NCBI GenBank assembly: GCA_963677485.1
Contig: OY781964.1
Span: 2,592,001-2,656,000 of the forward strand
Direction of reading: 5' to 3'
DNA from: Armatimonadota bacterium
Lineage (GTDB): Bacteria; Armatimonadota; HRBIN16
DNA length: 64,000 nt
The position numbers and the translations under genes are program-made. The notes under the pieces are model-generated. The model saw nothing but the letters and a program-made list of their open reading frames with translations. It was not told the origin of the DNA and made no database searches. Of this stretch, positions 32,002-42,918 are shown piece after piece (the stretch's first letter is position 1; every line of letters begins with the position of its first letter).

Positions 32002-33399
32002 ATGTTTATAAGTAAGCTGCAAGATATCGCCAAAGCGTCTGGAGGAGCCCTATGGGGCCCCGGTGATGTCGAGGTGAAGGGCGTAGCCATCGACAGCCGT
32101 GCTGTCCAACCCGGCGATCTGTTTGTAGCTATCCCTGGTGACCGTGTAGACGGGCACCAGTTCATATCAGCTGCCATTCAAGCGGGAGCCGTGGCGGTCA
32201 TGGCCAGCAATGCGGCCTACGTGCCTGAGGGTTTCCCGGCTGTGCTGATTGGCGATACCGTATGGGCCTTAGGCAATCTGGCGAAGTGCTGCCGTATGGC
32301 CTGGCAGGTCTATCGATACGAAGTCGATGAAAACCCCAGCGCGCCTCTTGTGGCTGTCACCGGCAGCGTCGGTAAATCCACGACCCGAGAAATGATAGCT
32401 GCGGTGATGAGTGCCAGTTACAACGTGCTGCGGACACCACGAAACTACAACACGGAGATCGGTCTGCCCCTGACCATCATTAATCTGAACGAACAGCATA
32501 CCGCTGCGGTGCTGGAGATGGGTATGCGAGGCCGTGGACAAATCGACCTTCTGGCGGATATGGCTCAGCCCAATATCGGTGTCATCACGAACATCGGAGA
32601 TGCTCATCGCGAGTTGCTGGGCAGCCGTGACGAGATCATGCTGGCAAAATCGGAACTGCTCAACCGACTGCCGGAAGACGGTGTGGCAATACTGAACGCC
32701 GACGACCCTTATTACCAGCAGCTACGAGAACTGGTGCCTTGCCGTGTCATCAGCTTTGGATGCAGCGACTGGGCCGGGTTGCGGGCCAAGAATATTAAGG
32801 CCTTTATCGATGGCCACGTGGAGTTCACTCTGCGCACAGGACAGCGGAACCTCCCAGTCACGGTGCCATTGGCTGGTACCCACAATGTGATGAATGCACT
32901 GGCCGCTTTGGCCGTCGCCCAAGCCGCAGGTATTGATCTTGAGCTGGCGATCGAAATGCTGCAGCAGGTCAAGCCGCTTGATATGCGTATGAATGTTAAA
33001 ACACTGAAAAACAGCGTCACCATCCTGGACGACACATATAACGCCAATCCCACTAGCACACGGGCTGCACTCGACACGCTGGTCAGCATGAGCGAATCCG
33101 CCCGCAAGGTAGTGGTGCTGGGTGACATGCTGGAGCTGGGCGATAACAGCAGCAGCATGCACAGGGAAATCGGTCGGAATGTGGGCCAGGCAGGGGCGCA
33201 TCTTTTCATCGCCGTCGGCAGTAAGGCGCGTGATATGGTCGCCGGGGCTAAGGAGATAGAACGTCCACCGCTGTGCATGTGCTTCAATTCGAGTGTGAGT
33301 GCTGCGGCACATATCAATGAATGGATCATGCCCGGTGACATTGTACTGGTTAAAGGCTCGCGAGGCGTTCAGATGGAATCCATCGTGGAGGCCATCTAG
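32002..33399 (+). CDS. murF: UDP-MurNAc-tripeptide:D-Ala-D-Ala ligase
   Basis: TGSVGKST, NYNTEIGLP, DDTYNANP, GDMLELG, VKGSRG. Confidence 0.95.
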   Translation: MFISKLQDIAKASGGALWGPGDVEVKGVAIDSRAVQPGDLFVAIPGDRVDGHQFISAAIQAGAVAVMASNAAYVPEGFPAVLIGDTVWALGNLAKCCRMAWQVYRYEVDENPSAPLVAVTGSVGKSTTREMIAAVMSASYNVLRTPRNYNTEIGLPLTIINLNEQHTAAVLEMGMRGRGQIDLLADMAQPNIGVITNIGDAHRELLGSRDEIMLAKSELLNRLPEDGVAILNADDPYYQQLRELVPCRVISFGCSDWAGLRAKNIKAFIDGHVEFTLRTGQRNLPVTVPLAGTHNVMNALAALAVAQAAGIDLELAIEMLQQVKPLDMRMNVKTLKNSVTILDDTYNANPTSTRAALDTLVSMSESARKVVVLGDMLELGDNSSSMHREIGRNVGQAGAHLFIAVGSKARDMVAGAKEIERPPLCMCFNSSVSAAAHINEWIMPGDIVLVKGSRGVQMESIVEAI

Positions 33400-34415
33400 T
33401 GACGGCATTTTACGTCGCCTTAATAGTGGCAGCCATCAGCTCTGCCGCGTTGGGATACCCCATCATCAAGGTATTGCGTAACCTTAAGGCGAAGCAGATC
33501 ATCAGCATGGATGCACCGAAACAGCATCAGAAAAAGGCGGGCACCCCCACCATGGGCGGGATTATTATCCTGGCTGGATTTCTGATCGCCTTGTTAATCA
33601 CTTCGATGATATACCCTGAGATGACGCTGGGTGCGAAATACGGAAACGCGCACCGCGCAGCGTTGGCGCTGCTGACCGTACTCTGCAGTGCTATCGGCTT
33701 TGCCGATGACTACCTCATCGTCAAGCGAGGGAAAAACCTCGGGCTGAAAGCACGCCAGAAACTGGCTATGCAGATCGTTGTCGCCGTGGCGTTTGTGGGC
33801 TATCTGGCTAGCACATCAGGTGCAGCACTCACCCTCGTCTATATCGCTCCGCATCACACTATCGACCTGGGGTGGTTCTACTATCCATTGGCCGTGTTGA
33901 TGATTGTCGGGTTGTCAAACGCCGTGAACCTTGCTGATGGGCTTGATGGGCTGTGCGGCGGGCTTACTGCGATTGCCGCCGCGGCTTTAGGAGCCTTGCT
34001 GATGACTATCAACCCCATCGGTGACTTTCGCCCCTGGTTGATGGCATTCAGTGGCGCCTTAGCGGGAAGCTGTATCGGCTTCTTGCTGCATAACATCCAT
34101 CCCGCAAAAGTGTTCATGGGCGACACCGGCTCATTGGGTCTGGGGGCCGCTTTGGGCGGACTCTGTATCATGATGAAGCAGGAGCTGATTGGGCTGATCA
34201 TCTGTGCTGTTTTCGTCGCAGAGGCCTTATCTGTGATGATTCAAGTGGGCTCCTTCAAACTGCGGGGTAAACGCGTCTTTCGCATGGCCCCTCTGCACCA
34301 TCATTTTGAACTTAGCGGCTGGAAAGAGACCAAGATCGTAGCTGTGTTTTGGGCATGGGGCATCGTATTTGCATTCATCGCGCTAGGGCTTGGAGTCTGG
34401 AGTGCCCGCTCATGA
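33399..34415 (+). CDS. mraY: Phospho-MurNAc-pentapeptide transferase
   Basis: KKAGTPTMGG, NAVNLADGLDGL, FMGDTGS, MAPLHHHFE. Confidence 0.95.
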   Translation: MTAFYVALIVAAISSAALGYPIIKVLRNLKAKQIISMDAPKQHQKKAGTPTMGGIIILAGFLIALLITSMIYPEMTLGAKYGNAHRAALALLTVLCSAIGFADDYLIVKRGKNLGLKARQKLAMQIVVAVAFVGYLASTSGAALTLVYIAPHHTIDLGWFYYPLAVLMIVGLSNAVNLADGLDGLCGGLTAIAAAALGALLMTINPIGDFRPWLMAFSGALAGSCIGFLLHNIHPAKVFMGDTGSLGLGAALGGLCIMMKQELIGLIICAVFVAEALSVMIQVGSFKLRGKRVFRMAPLHHHFELSGWKETKIVAVFWAWGIVFAFIALGLGVWSARS

Positions 34416-35809
34416 CGCTGCCCGATAACAACATCGCGGTATTGGGATTAGCTCGCAGTGGTAGTGACCTCATGCGTGCGCTGGTGGCTCTGGGTGCTGG
34501 CAGCCGCACCATCGGTATCGACCGTGGTGACCCGATCTCAAGCGACAACTCTTTTCTCTCTAGTCTGCAGCAGGCAGGCGTACGGCTTCTTCTGAACTAT
34601 GACGGCTCTCTGCCGGGCGACTGCGGTTTGCTGATCACCAGCCCGGTGATACCGGAAGACCATGCGATGATCCTGGAGGCCAAACGCCAGAATATTCCGG
34701 TCTGGGGTGAGGTAGAGTTCGCCTACCAGATACGTGAGGCGCCGCTGATCGCCGTCACCGGCACGAACGGCAAGAGCACGACCGCTATGATCGCCGCCGA
34801 ACTCCTGAACGCCGCATCAAGGCGGGCGTTGCTATGCGGAAACATCGCAGCAGACCATATTGCACTAACCTTGACAAAGGCGGCGTTACAGGCTGGGCCA
34901 GCCGATGTGCTGGTGGCGGAAATCAGCAGCTTCCAACTGGAGCAGACCGTGAAATTCCGACCGCGGTCGGGGGTATGGACTACCCTTTCTCCAGATCACC
35001 TCAACCGGCACCCGGATATGGAGAGCTACGCGCGGGCCAAGGCACGGATGTTTCTACACATGCAGCCTGAGGACTTGGCGATACTACCGGTCCGGCAGCC
35101 GGAAATCCGAGATTATATCAGCACCAAAGCGCGTATTTTTCTGTTTGATGACCAACCTGTTGCCGAAAATATGGATGCCATGTGGTGTACACCGGAAGGT
35201 CTCTACCTGCGGCGGCAAGGCTCGGAGATGCGGATTAGCGACATCGCGGAGTTTCAGCTCATCGGGGCCCATAACCGACGCAACCTGGCGGCTGCTGCGG
35301 CTGCCTGTCTGCCGTTTGTAGATGACCCAATGCGGCTTGCCGCTGGTATTGGCGCCATTCGCGCCTTGCCGCACCGTATGGAGCCTCTGGGGAGCGTACG
35401 TGGCATCCGTATGATCAACAACAGCATGTGCAGTAACCTTGAAGCGGTGATAGAAAGCCTGAGGGGCATGGAGTGGCCGTATGTGGCCATTCTGGGCGGC
35501 CTTGATAAAAGCGACAGTCCGTTTGAGCTTCTGGTGCCCATTTTACAGCAGTGCTGTAAAGCTGTGGTGGTCATTGGTCAGGATGGTCCTGCTATTGGTC
35601 AGAAGCTGGTAAGTGGTGGCTGGTCAAAGGTGTTAAGCGCCGATGACATGCAAAGTGCTGTGGACCAGGCTATGCAACTGCTGGTGGCTGGTGATGCGCT
35701 GGTACTGGCCCCCGGCTGTGCCAGTTTTGGGATGTTTGCCAATTTCGAGGATCGTGGCCGCGTATTCCGTGAGGTGGTAGGCAGCCTGGAGGCACAACAT
35801 GCGTCCTGA
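34412..35809 (+). CDS. murD: UDP-MurNAc-L-Ala:D-Glu ligase
   Basis: GLARSG, TGTNGKST, EISSFQLE, DHLNRH, PGCASF..FEDRG. Confidence 0.92.
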   Translation: MTLPDNNIAVLGLARSGSDLMRALVALGAGSRTIGIDRGDPISSDNSFLSSLQQAGVRLLLNYDGSLPGDCGLLITSPVIPEDHAMILEAKRQNIPVWGEVEFAYQIREAPLIAVTGTNGKSTTAMIAAELLNAASRRALLCGNIAADHIALTLTKAALQAGPADVLVAEISSFQLEQTVKFRPRSGVWTTLSPDHLNRHPDMESYARAKARMFLHMQPEDLAILPVRQPEIRDYISTKARIFLFDDQPVAENMDAMWCTPEGLYLRRQGSEMRISDIAEFQLIGAHNRRNLAAAAAACLPFVDDPMRLAAGIGAIRALPHRMEPLGSVRGIRMINNSMCSNLEAVIESLRGMEWPYVAILGGLDKSDSPFELLVPILQQCCKAVVVIGQDGPAIGQKLVSGGWSKVLSADDMQSAVDQAMQLLVAGDALVLAPGCASFGMFANFEDRGRVFREVVGSLEAQHAS

Positions 35810-36995
35810 GACCAACCATATTCGGAAGACTGAATCGGACCGTCAAGCCAACGCGCTGACTATCTTTGCCCTTACTTTCGTTGTGTTCATGTTGGGCACA
35901 TTCTTTATCTTCAACTCTTCGTACTCTCGTGGTCCGAATATGGAGTATCGCGAGCCGGTCACACAATTTGTGGCGGCCATCGCTGCAGTGTCAGGCATTG
36001 CCGTGCTGTACTGGATGCGTTTCAGGCTCGAACCCACAAAGAAACACATCTGGTTGATGGTGTTTTTCTGTATCTTGTTATCGCTCAGCCCGCTTTGCCC
36101 CGGGCTGGGAGTGGAGCGGAACGGAGCCAGGCGCTGGATACTGATCTATAAGCTCATGATTCAACCTTCTGAGATAGTGAAGTTATTGCTCATCATGACG
36201 CTGGCTGCGATTTTGGATCCATTCAAGCAGTCCAAAACTGCGACAGGTAACATTGCAGCTAGAAACGGCATCAACGCGTTGCTCTTAATCGGTGTTGTCT
36301 GTGGAATTCTCGTTGCCCTACAAGATGATCTGGGAACAGCGTTCGTGGTAGGAATGATGGGCTTGGTTCTGTGCATCATAGCAGGTGTGGATCTCAGGCA
36401 CATTATGATCAGCAGTGGTGCGGCTATCCTTATGTTTGTGTGTGCTCTTATCATGGAGCCATACCGGCAAGTCCGTATGCATGTATGGTGGGATCCTCTG
36501 GCCCATCTGAAAGATGAAGGGATGCAGACAGCCGAAACACTGATGGGTATTGGTCATGCAAGCTGGCTTGGCGTCGGCCTTGGCCAAGGCCGTATCAAAT
36601 GGAATATACCCGCAGCCAATACCGACTTCGCATATGCGACGGTGGTAGAAGAACTCGGCTTGATCGGTGCAATACTGTTCGCAATACTCATCTTCGCACT
36701 GGCCTATTTCTGCGTGTTAGGTGCAGCCAGATACGCTAAAAGCCGGTATACGATGCTGATAGGAACGGGCGTCGGTCTCTGGCTGATGATACAAAGCGGA
36801 ATGAATATGATGGTGGTGCTGAATGTGCTGCCCCCTACTGGCTTTCCTTTGCCTTTTGCAAGCAGTGGTGGAACTGCGATCTTCATGAACATAATGGCGA
36901 TCGGGATCGCCCTGTTCGTAGTGCTAGGCGATGCTCCTGTCAAGGAAAAAGTTGTCAAGCCCAAAGTGCCGAAGAAAGGTCAAGTTAGTAGATGA
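35799..36995 (+). CDS. ftsW: SEDS peptidoglycan polymerase FtsW
   Basis: NGARRWI, QPSEIVK, TDFAYA..EELG, LPFASSGGT. Confidence 0.9.
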   Translation: MRPETNHIRKTESDRQANALTIFALTFVVFMLGTFFIFNSSYSRGPNMEYREPVTQFVAAIAAVSGIAVLYWMRFRLEPTKKHIWLMVFFCILLSLSPLCPGLGVERNGARRWILIYKLMIQPSEIVKLLLIMTLAAILDPFKQSKTATGNIAARNGINALLLIGVVCGILVALQDDLGTAFVVGMMGLVLCIIAGVDLRHIMISSGAAILMFVCALIMEPYRQVRMHVWWDPLAHLKDEGMQTAETLMGIGHASWLGVGLGQGRIKWNIPAANTDFAYATVVEELGLIGAILFAILIFALAYFCVLGAARYAKSRYTMLIGTGVGLWLMIQSGMNMMVVLNVLPPTGFPLPFASSGGTAIFMNIMAIGIALFVVLGDAPVKEKVVKPKVPKKGQVSR

Positions 36996-38056
36996 AATTG
37001 TTGATGGCGGGGGGAGGCACCGGAGGCCACCTGAGCCCTGCGCTCAGTGTGGGTGAGGCCCTCATGGCTTTAGGCCATGAAGTGGCTTTCGTGGGTGCCC
37101 CGGACCGCATTGAGGGCCGTGAGATTCCGCAGTTGGGCTATCGCTTTTTTCCAGTCAAGGCGCGTGCCTGGAGCGGGCGCAACTTCCCATGGATGATCAA
37201 ATCGCTGTTGGATGCCCGCAAGGTGATCTCGCAGTTCGAACCGGACGCAGTGGTCTGCTTTGGTGGTTTCGCGGCCGCTTCAACAGCGCTGGCCCAAGGT
37301 CTGCGTAAGGGTAAGCTGATCATTCATGAAGGGAATGCCGTACCCGGCAGAACCAATCTTCTATTAAGCCGATATAGCCAGGCGGTGTGCGTGACTTTTG
37401 ACAACACGATCAACAGTTTCCATGCACCGCAGGTCGTCTGTACCGGCTATCCGCTTAGGCGGCAGTTCCTCAGCCTGCCGACAAAAGCGGATGCATTCAA
37501 GCAATTTTCGTTTAATCCAAAACGCCGTGTGCTATTCGTTCAGGGTGGCAGCCTCGGCGCACTCGCTTTGAATGAGCTGTTGTTTGCTGTCGCTCCAAAG
37601 CTGCTGGACCAGGGCTTTCAGATACTGCATCAGACGGGCTTCAGCAAAGCGGACGGGGTTTCAGATGCCACGCGAAACCACCCCAACTACCGCGGTTTTG
37701 AGTATCTATCCGCTCAGCAGATGGCTGCAGCCTACATGGCCGCGGACCTTCTACTGGGACGCAGTGGGGCCGGTAGCTGCACGGAAGCGGCGGTCACATC
37801 AACCCCCGCGGTTCTGGTGCCTTACCCGTATGCATACGCCAACCACCAGAACGAAAATGCGGTGCAGTTGCAATATTCGGGTGGAGCCGTATTGGTGGAG
37901 CAAAAGTCACTCACGCCAGACTCTCTCTACACGCTTCTTTCGGAGATGTTGTATGACATCCGACGGCTTGAAGCGATGGGTGTCGCCATACGACAGTGGT
38001 CGAAGCCTGATGCTTGCGATCGAATTGTGGATGTTGTGAAGGAGGTAGTCGCTTAA
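36992..38056 (+). CDS. murG: Lipid II GlcNAc transferase
   Basis: GGGTGGH, GGSLGA, RSGA, HQNENA. Confidence 0.93.
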   Translation: MKLLMAGGGTGGHLSPALSVGEALMALGHEVAFVGAPDRIEGREIPQLGYRFFPVKARAWSGRNFPWMIKSLLDARKVISQFEPDAVVCFGGFAAASTALAQGLRKGKLIIHEGNAVPGRTNLLLSRYSQAVCVTFDNTINSFHAPQVVCTGYPLRRQFLSLPTKADAFKQFSFNPKRRVLFVQGGSLGALALNELLFAVAPKLLDQGFQILHQTGFSKADGVSDATRNHPNYRGFEYLSAQQMAAAYMAADLLLGRSGAGSCTEAAVTSTPAVLVPYPYAYANHQNENAVQLQYSGGAVLVEQKSLTPDSLYTLLSEMLYDIRRLEAMGVAIRQWSKPDACDRIVDVVKEVVA

Positions 38057-38057
38057 G

Positions 38058-39446
38058 ATGGACATTAATAGCCGAGTTCACTTCATGGGCATTGGCGGAA
38101 TCGGAATGAGCGGAATCGCACAGATGCTCTACAAACAGGGATGGAAAATCTCAGGCTGCGACGCCTATGATACCGAAATGGTGAAACGCCTGCGTGCCAT
38201 AGGCATCCCTGTGAGCGTTGGACATCAGCCTGAACATATCGATGAGGTTGACGCGCTTGTGATCACCGCTGCGATCAAGCATGATAACCCCGAGCTTTTG
38301 GCCGCCCAAGCGGCTGGAGTGCAGATACTGCGCCGGTCTGAGGCGCTTGATCTGCTCATGCGCTCGCAGCAGGGGCTGGCAGTCACCGGCACCCATGGCA
38401 AGACCACTACCACCGGTATGTTGTCAGCCGTGCTTGAGGGAGCTGATCTGGACCCCTCGGTAGTGATTGGCGGTGATGTCCGGCGATATGGGGGAAACTG
38501 GCGACTTGGCTCTGGACAGTATGTGGCTGTTGAAGCGTGCGAGGCGTACGGATCATTTTTAGACCTGCATCCATTTGCGGCCATCGTCACCAATGTAGAG
38601 GCCGACCATCTCGATTACTATCATACCGAGCAAAACATGATGGAGGCCTACCGCACATTCCTGAGTCAAGTCAGCCCCGATGGAGTGATCGTGGTGCCCT
38701 CTGAGGATGCAAAGGCGGTGGCCGTCTCCGTAGACCATCCCGCCCGCATGGTGACCGTGGGTGAGAGCGAGACCTCGGATTATTGCTGGCGGCCGACCAG
38801 ACAGGGTATCTGTCTGCGAGATGCGCAGATGGTGTGGCACACGATGCCCATGCACGTGTTCGGCCTGCAGAACAAAGCCGATGCCGCGTTGGCGGTTGCG
38901 ATGGGGTTAGAGCTGGGGCTCACACCGGATCAGGTGGCCAATGGGCTGGCCCTGTTTCATGGCGTAGACAGACGGCAGCAATTTATCGGTCATGCTTTCG
39001 GTGTAGATGTTTATGATGACTATGCCCACCATCCCACCGAAATTGCGGCTGTGCTGAGAAGTTTCCGTGAGGTGATACAGGGACGGCTGGTGGTGGCCTT
39101 CCAGCCGCATCTCTTCAGCCGCACCGCTGACTTTTTCCAGCAGTTTGCCACTGGACTTGCGAATGGTGCCGATGAGTTGGTGCTGGTCGAAATCTACCCA
39201 GCCAGGGAACGTGCCGAAGACTTTCCTGGCATCAGCAGCTCCAGCCTGGCTGATACCGTACGGCTTGTGAAACCCTCGTTACCTGTGACGGTGGTGGACA
39301 CGCCACTTGCCGCAGCGGAGGCATTGGTAAAGCAGTTAAAGCCGACGGACACATTAGTGACACTGGGTGCTGGTGAGCTGAACCAGACAGCGATGTGGGT
39401 ATATGAGGCCTTATCGAGGGCTGAGAAGGAGAATGGCGGGTTATGA
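38058..39446 (+). CDS. murC: UDP-MurNAc:L-Ala ligase
   Basis: GIGGIGMSG, GTHGKTTT, DDYAHHPTEI, FQPH. Confidence 0.95.
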   Translation: MDINSRVHFMGIGGIGMSGIAQMLYKQGWKISGCDAYDTEMVKRLRAIGIPVSVGHQPEHIDEVDALVITAAIKHDNPELLAAQAAGVQILRRSEALDLLMRSQQGLAVTGTHGKTTTTGMLSAVLEGADLDPSVVIGGDVRRYGGNWRLGSGQYVAVEACEAYGSFLDLHPFAAIVTNVEADHLDYYHTEQNMMEAYRTFLSQVSPDGVIVVPSEDAKAVAVSVDHPARMVTVGESETSDYCWRPTRQGICLRDAQMVWHTMPMHVFGLQNKADAALAVAMGLELGLTPDQVANGLALFHGVDRRQQFIGHAFGVDVYDDYAHHPTEIAAVLRSFREVIQGRLVVAFQPHLFSRTADFFQQFATGLANGADELVLVEIYPARERAEDFPGISSSSLADTVRLVKPSLPVTVVDTPLAAAEALVKQLKPTDTLVTLGAGELNQTAMWVYEALSRAEKENGGL

Positions 39447-40432
39447 ATGTCTGGCTGTTAATGGGCGGCGATTCGGGTGAACGTGAGATATCGCTGAAAA
39501 GTGGTGCGAATGTCTATCAGGCATTGAAGAATCTGGGCCATGATGTCACACCGCTGGATGTGGTTTTCAACGCAGACAAGGCGTCGGAATGGGGTATCAG
39601 CAGCGACGAAACCCATGCGGTCGGCCTCGTGGAACTGGTGCAGCGCATCACAGATGCCGGTCCTGACGCCGTTTACCTCGCTTTCCATGGCTCACCAGGT
39701 GAAGATGGTCAGATTCAAAGCGTGCTCAATCTTCTGCGGATTCCTTATACAGGCTCCGGTGTGGCGGCCAGCGCGGCTGGTATGAACAAGATCACCACCA
39801 AACGGCTGATGGCACCCTGTGGTATGCCCATGACGCCTGATGTGGTGGTGACTGCAGCGCACATCGACTGGGAGCAGATTCATCAAGATGTCGCCGCGTT
39901 GGGTTATCCTGTCATCATCAAACCGGTGTTGAGCGGCAGCACAGTTGGGGTCACGCGGGCATTCAATGAGGCGGAGTTAACATCGGCGGTTGAGGAGTCT
40001 CTACAGACCGGTGACACACTCATCATCGAGCCAATAGTCACGGGGGTAGAGTTGAGCACTCCTGTGATCGGCGGGATGGACCCGGAAAGGCTGCCCTCAG
40101 TTGAGATTAAGCCGCAAGGCGGATTTTACGACTTCGAGCGTAAATACACCTTGGGAGCCACCGAGGAGATCATCCCTGCCGGCATACCGGCGGAGATCGA
40201 AGCCGAATGCCAGAGGCTATCTGCACTGGCACACAGCACCCTTGGATGTAAAGGGGTGACTCGGAGTGACTTTTTCTGGCTTCCCGAGACGAACGAGATC
40301 ATATTTCTTGAGATCAACACCATTCCTGGGATGACAGTCACCTCACTGGTGCCCCGCGCAGCCCAGCATGTGGGGGTGAGCATGGATGAACTGGTCAGCA
40401 GAATTCTTGGGATGGCCGATTTTGAACGGTAG
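39443..40432 (+). CDS. ddl: D-Ala-D-Ala ligase
   Basis: GGDSGEREISLKSG, HGSPGEDG, FYDFERKY, EINTIPGMT. Confidence 0.93.
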   Translation: MNVWLLMGGDSGEREISLKSGANVYQALKNLGHDVTPLDVVFNADKASEWGISSDETHAVGLVELVQRITDAGPDAVYLAFHGSPGEDGQIQSVLNLLRIPYTGSGVAASAAGMNKITTKRLMAPCGMPMTPDVVVTAAHIDWEQIHQDVAALGYPVIIKPVLSGSTVGVTRAFNEAELTSAVEESLQTGDTLIIEPIVTGVELSTPVIGGMDPERLPSVEIKPQGGFYDFERKYTLGATEEIIPAGIPAEIEAECQRLSALAHSTLGCKGVTRSDFFWLPETNEIIFLEINTIPGMTVTSLVPRAAQHVGVSMDELVSRILGMADFER

Positions 40433-40441
40433 CTCAGGCCC

Positions 40442-41704
40442 ATGAATCAGTACGACTCTCAAGGTAAAAGGACAGGAGGCAAGCTGCCGAAACTGCGCGA
40501 CACGTATGGACCTCGTCACAGGGGGAAGGATCGTGTGCTGCCAAAACGCCCGTTTAACTATGAGCCGTACTATCGGATATGTCTTGCTGTCTTGTGGATC
40601 GAGATACTGGCTGCGCTTATCACGAGCAAGGGTATGGTGGTCAGGCATGTGGATATCAGCGGTAATCGTCTGATTCAACCGCCGGCTATCGAACGCTGTG
40701 TGGATTTTCGTACCGGCCAAAACTGGCTGTTTTGGCGGCCAGGAATACGTGAGAAACGGCTGAAGGCCTTCGCCCAGGTGAAAGACGCGACGGTCAAACA
40801 CAGTTGGGTCGGCACAATCACAGTCAAAATCGAAGAGCGGAAAGCAATTGGTATACTCGTTGCGCCTTTGATCACGCCACAGGGTAAAAGATACCAGACC
40901 TATATGCTGGCATCGGATGGGGTTCTATATAACAGGCTGACCAACCCGGTCAAGCTGCCACGCGTGGAGCTTCGCGGGCCGACAGAGTTGTTTTTGGGGA
41001 TGAATGTGTTTGATGGTATTAGTATCAAGCGCACCGACATCAAGAACCCCGTGGCTGTATACGAGTTGTTGACCGATAAGGAGCTGCTGAAAGGCGACCC
41101 CAGGCGAAAGATAGCCGCACTTCTCAGTAAGAAGACTCGGCACCTGTTCGACCCAGTCACCGGAAATCCAAGCAGCCTGGATGCCCGCATCAGTTTGGTC
41201 GATGACCTGAACAGCATCATCTCAAAAGGTGAGATCACGGCTGGTGGGATTTCATCTCGGGTGGAACTACCGCCAGAAATACGAAATGATATTGATTTAA
41301 GGCCTGAGGGCAAAGAGTTAGCGGACGTCAATCGCAAGTTGCTAGAGTTCCTGTTGCCTTCACAGATTGTGAGTTCACGGATACCAGGTGATTCATTACG
41401 TGTTGCAGTCAATACGCTCACTCAGGTTCTTCCGAAATACAGATTCCGTGTGAAAAGCGTCGTGGTTGACCCTTTTGGCTTTTTATGCTTTAATATGGAA
41501 TCTGGGGTGATTGTGAAACTAGGTGATGAAAACGACATGGAGGCTAAGCTGTTGATGCTCGATAAGGCACTGTGCAGTCGAGAAGGAAACACAGCGATCA
41601 AGATTGACGTGAGTGCTGTCACCGATGAAGCGGTGAAGTCTGGATCATCAGGTTACTTCACGACGCCCAGAACAGAACCAAATGTGCCAAAACAGGAGCA
41701 ATAG
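40442..41704 (+). CDS. ftsQ: FtsQ/DivIB-like protein with internal insertion
   Basis: Follows ddl; single TM; POTRA-like VRHVDISGN..ITVKIEERK; VKLG..KL..IDVS C-terminus. Confidence 0.7.
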   Translation: MNQYDSQGKRTGGKLPKLRDTYGPRHRGKDRVLPKRPFNYEPYYRICLAVLWIEILAALITSKGMVVRHVDISGNRLIQPPAIERCVDFRTGQNWLFWRPGIREKRLKAFAQVKDATVKHSWVGTITVKIEERKAIGILVAPLITPQGKRYQTYMLASDGVLYNRLTNPVKLPRVELRGPTELFLGMNVFDGISIKRTDIKNPVAVYELLTDKELLKGDPRRKIAALLSKKTRHLFDPVTGNPSSLDARISLVDDLNSIISKGEITAGGISSRVELPPEIRNDIDLRPEGKELADVNRKLLEFLLPSQIVSSRIPGDSLRVAVNTLTQVLPKYRFRVKSVVVDPFGFLCFNMESGVIVKLGDENDMEAKLLMLDKALCSREGNTAIKIDVSAVTDEAVKSGSSGYFTTPRTEPNVPKQEQ

Positions 41705-41713
41705 GCCTTCCGT

Positions 41714-42490
41714 ATGAATATCTTTGCTTCCGCAATTAACGGAAATAAGTATATCGGTCCCTTGACCGCATTTGCGGTGGTATTGGGGGGGCTGATTGGT
41801 CTGTCGCTAAAAACGCAGATAAATCTGCGCCAACAAAGTTTGCCAAGCAACCGGTTCCCTGGACTGGCCAGTGCCTACCTTGATCAGCAGGATAAGTTGA
41901 AGGATGCCAATAGCGAAATCGCACGGCTGCGCATTCGCATCACCAAATACGAAAATGAGATGAGCAGTGCCTCTGGACGGGTGGAGCTGATAAATCAGTC
42001 TCTCCAGGAGGCTAAGTTCTTGTCAGGACTGACGGAAGTTCAGGGCCCTGGAGTTGAAGTGGTGTTGCAGGACAGCAAAAAGCGCAATACAGGCATGACT
42101 GGACTGGCACTTGAGAACTATATCATACATGATGTAGATATCCAGCGAATGGTGAACGAACTGCACGCCGCAGGATGTGAGGCTGTTTCCGTGAACGGCC
42201 AGAGAGTGGTGGCGAACACGGCGATCCGGTGTGTAGGGCCAAGTATTCAGGTGAATGGAATTGCACTCTCGCCCCCTTATATCATCAAGGCGATTGGCGA
42301 TTCAGAAGGTATGGCGACTGCACTAGATATGCTGGGTGGACTTATAAAGGATGTTGAGGCAGTAGATCCCTCGATGATCCAGCTTGCAAAAAAGACCACG
42401 ATCGTGGTGCCGGCATACAACGGCAGCAGCGTGTTTCGGTTTGCTAAGCCAGTGAAGGCGAAAAGCGCCGAATACGAGGTTCCACAATGA
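41714..42490 (+). CDS. DUF881 family protein
   Basis: GLTEVQGPGV, IHDVDI..VNEL, AVSVNGQR, PPYIIKAIGD. Confidence 0.88.
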   Translation: MNIFASAINGNKYIGPLTAFAVVLGGLIGLSLKTQINLRQQSLPSNRFPGLASAYLDQQDKLKDANSEIARLRIRITKYENEMSSASGRVELINQSLQEAKFLSGLTEVQGPGVEVVLQDSKKRNTGMTGLALENYIIHDVDIQRMVNELHAAGCEAVSVNGQRVVANTAIRCVGPSIQVNGIALSPPYIIKAIGDSEGMATALDMLGGLIKDVEAVDPSMIQLAKKTTIVVPAYNGSSVFRFAKPVKAKSAEYEVPQ

Positions 42491-42873
42491 ACTGGCTGCC
42501 AGTGATCGGCATGATCTTAGGATTTATGGTGGTGTATGCACTGCCAATTAGTGTACCTGGCGGTGTGGCTGCTTATATCAGCCTCGCCACCCTTTCCGCC
42601 ATGGATACCATGCTGGGCGGTGTTCGCAGCGGCATGGAAGGCAAATTCCATGTAGATGTTTTTGCCAGCGGATTTGTAGTGAATACACTGCTGGCAGCCT
42701 TATTAGCGTATATCGGTGACCAGATAGGTGTGGACCTGTTCCTGGCTGCCGTAGTTGCTTTGGGTGGACGTATGTTCTTGAACCTGTCGCTCATCCGGCG
42801 TTTTTGGTTGACACAGCGTTCGATGGTAAAACAGCAGCGCGAGATGGAGCAGAGTACTCCACCCATGCGCTAA
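42487..42873 (+). CDS. sbp: Small basic protein Sbp (DUF1290)
   Basis: DTMLGGVRS..FASGFVVN..GDQIGVDL..NLSLIRR. Confidence 0.85.
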   Translation: MNWLPVIGMILGFMVVYALPISVPGGVAAYISLATLSAMDTMLGGVRSGMEGKFHVDVFASGFVVNTLLAALLAYIGDQIGVDLFLAAVVALGGRMFLNLSLIRRFWLTQRSMVKQQREMEQSTPPMR

Positions 42874-42918
42874 CGAGATGCGAAAACACTTTGAGATGTC
42901 GGAGGACTGGAGATTACC

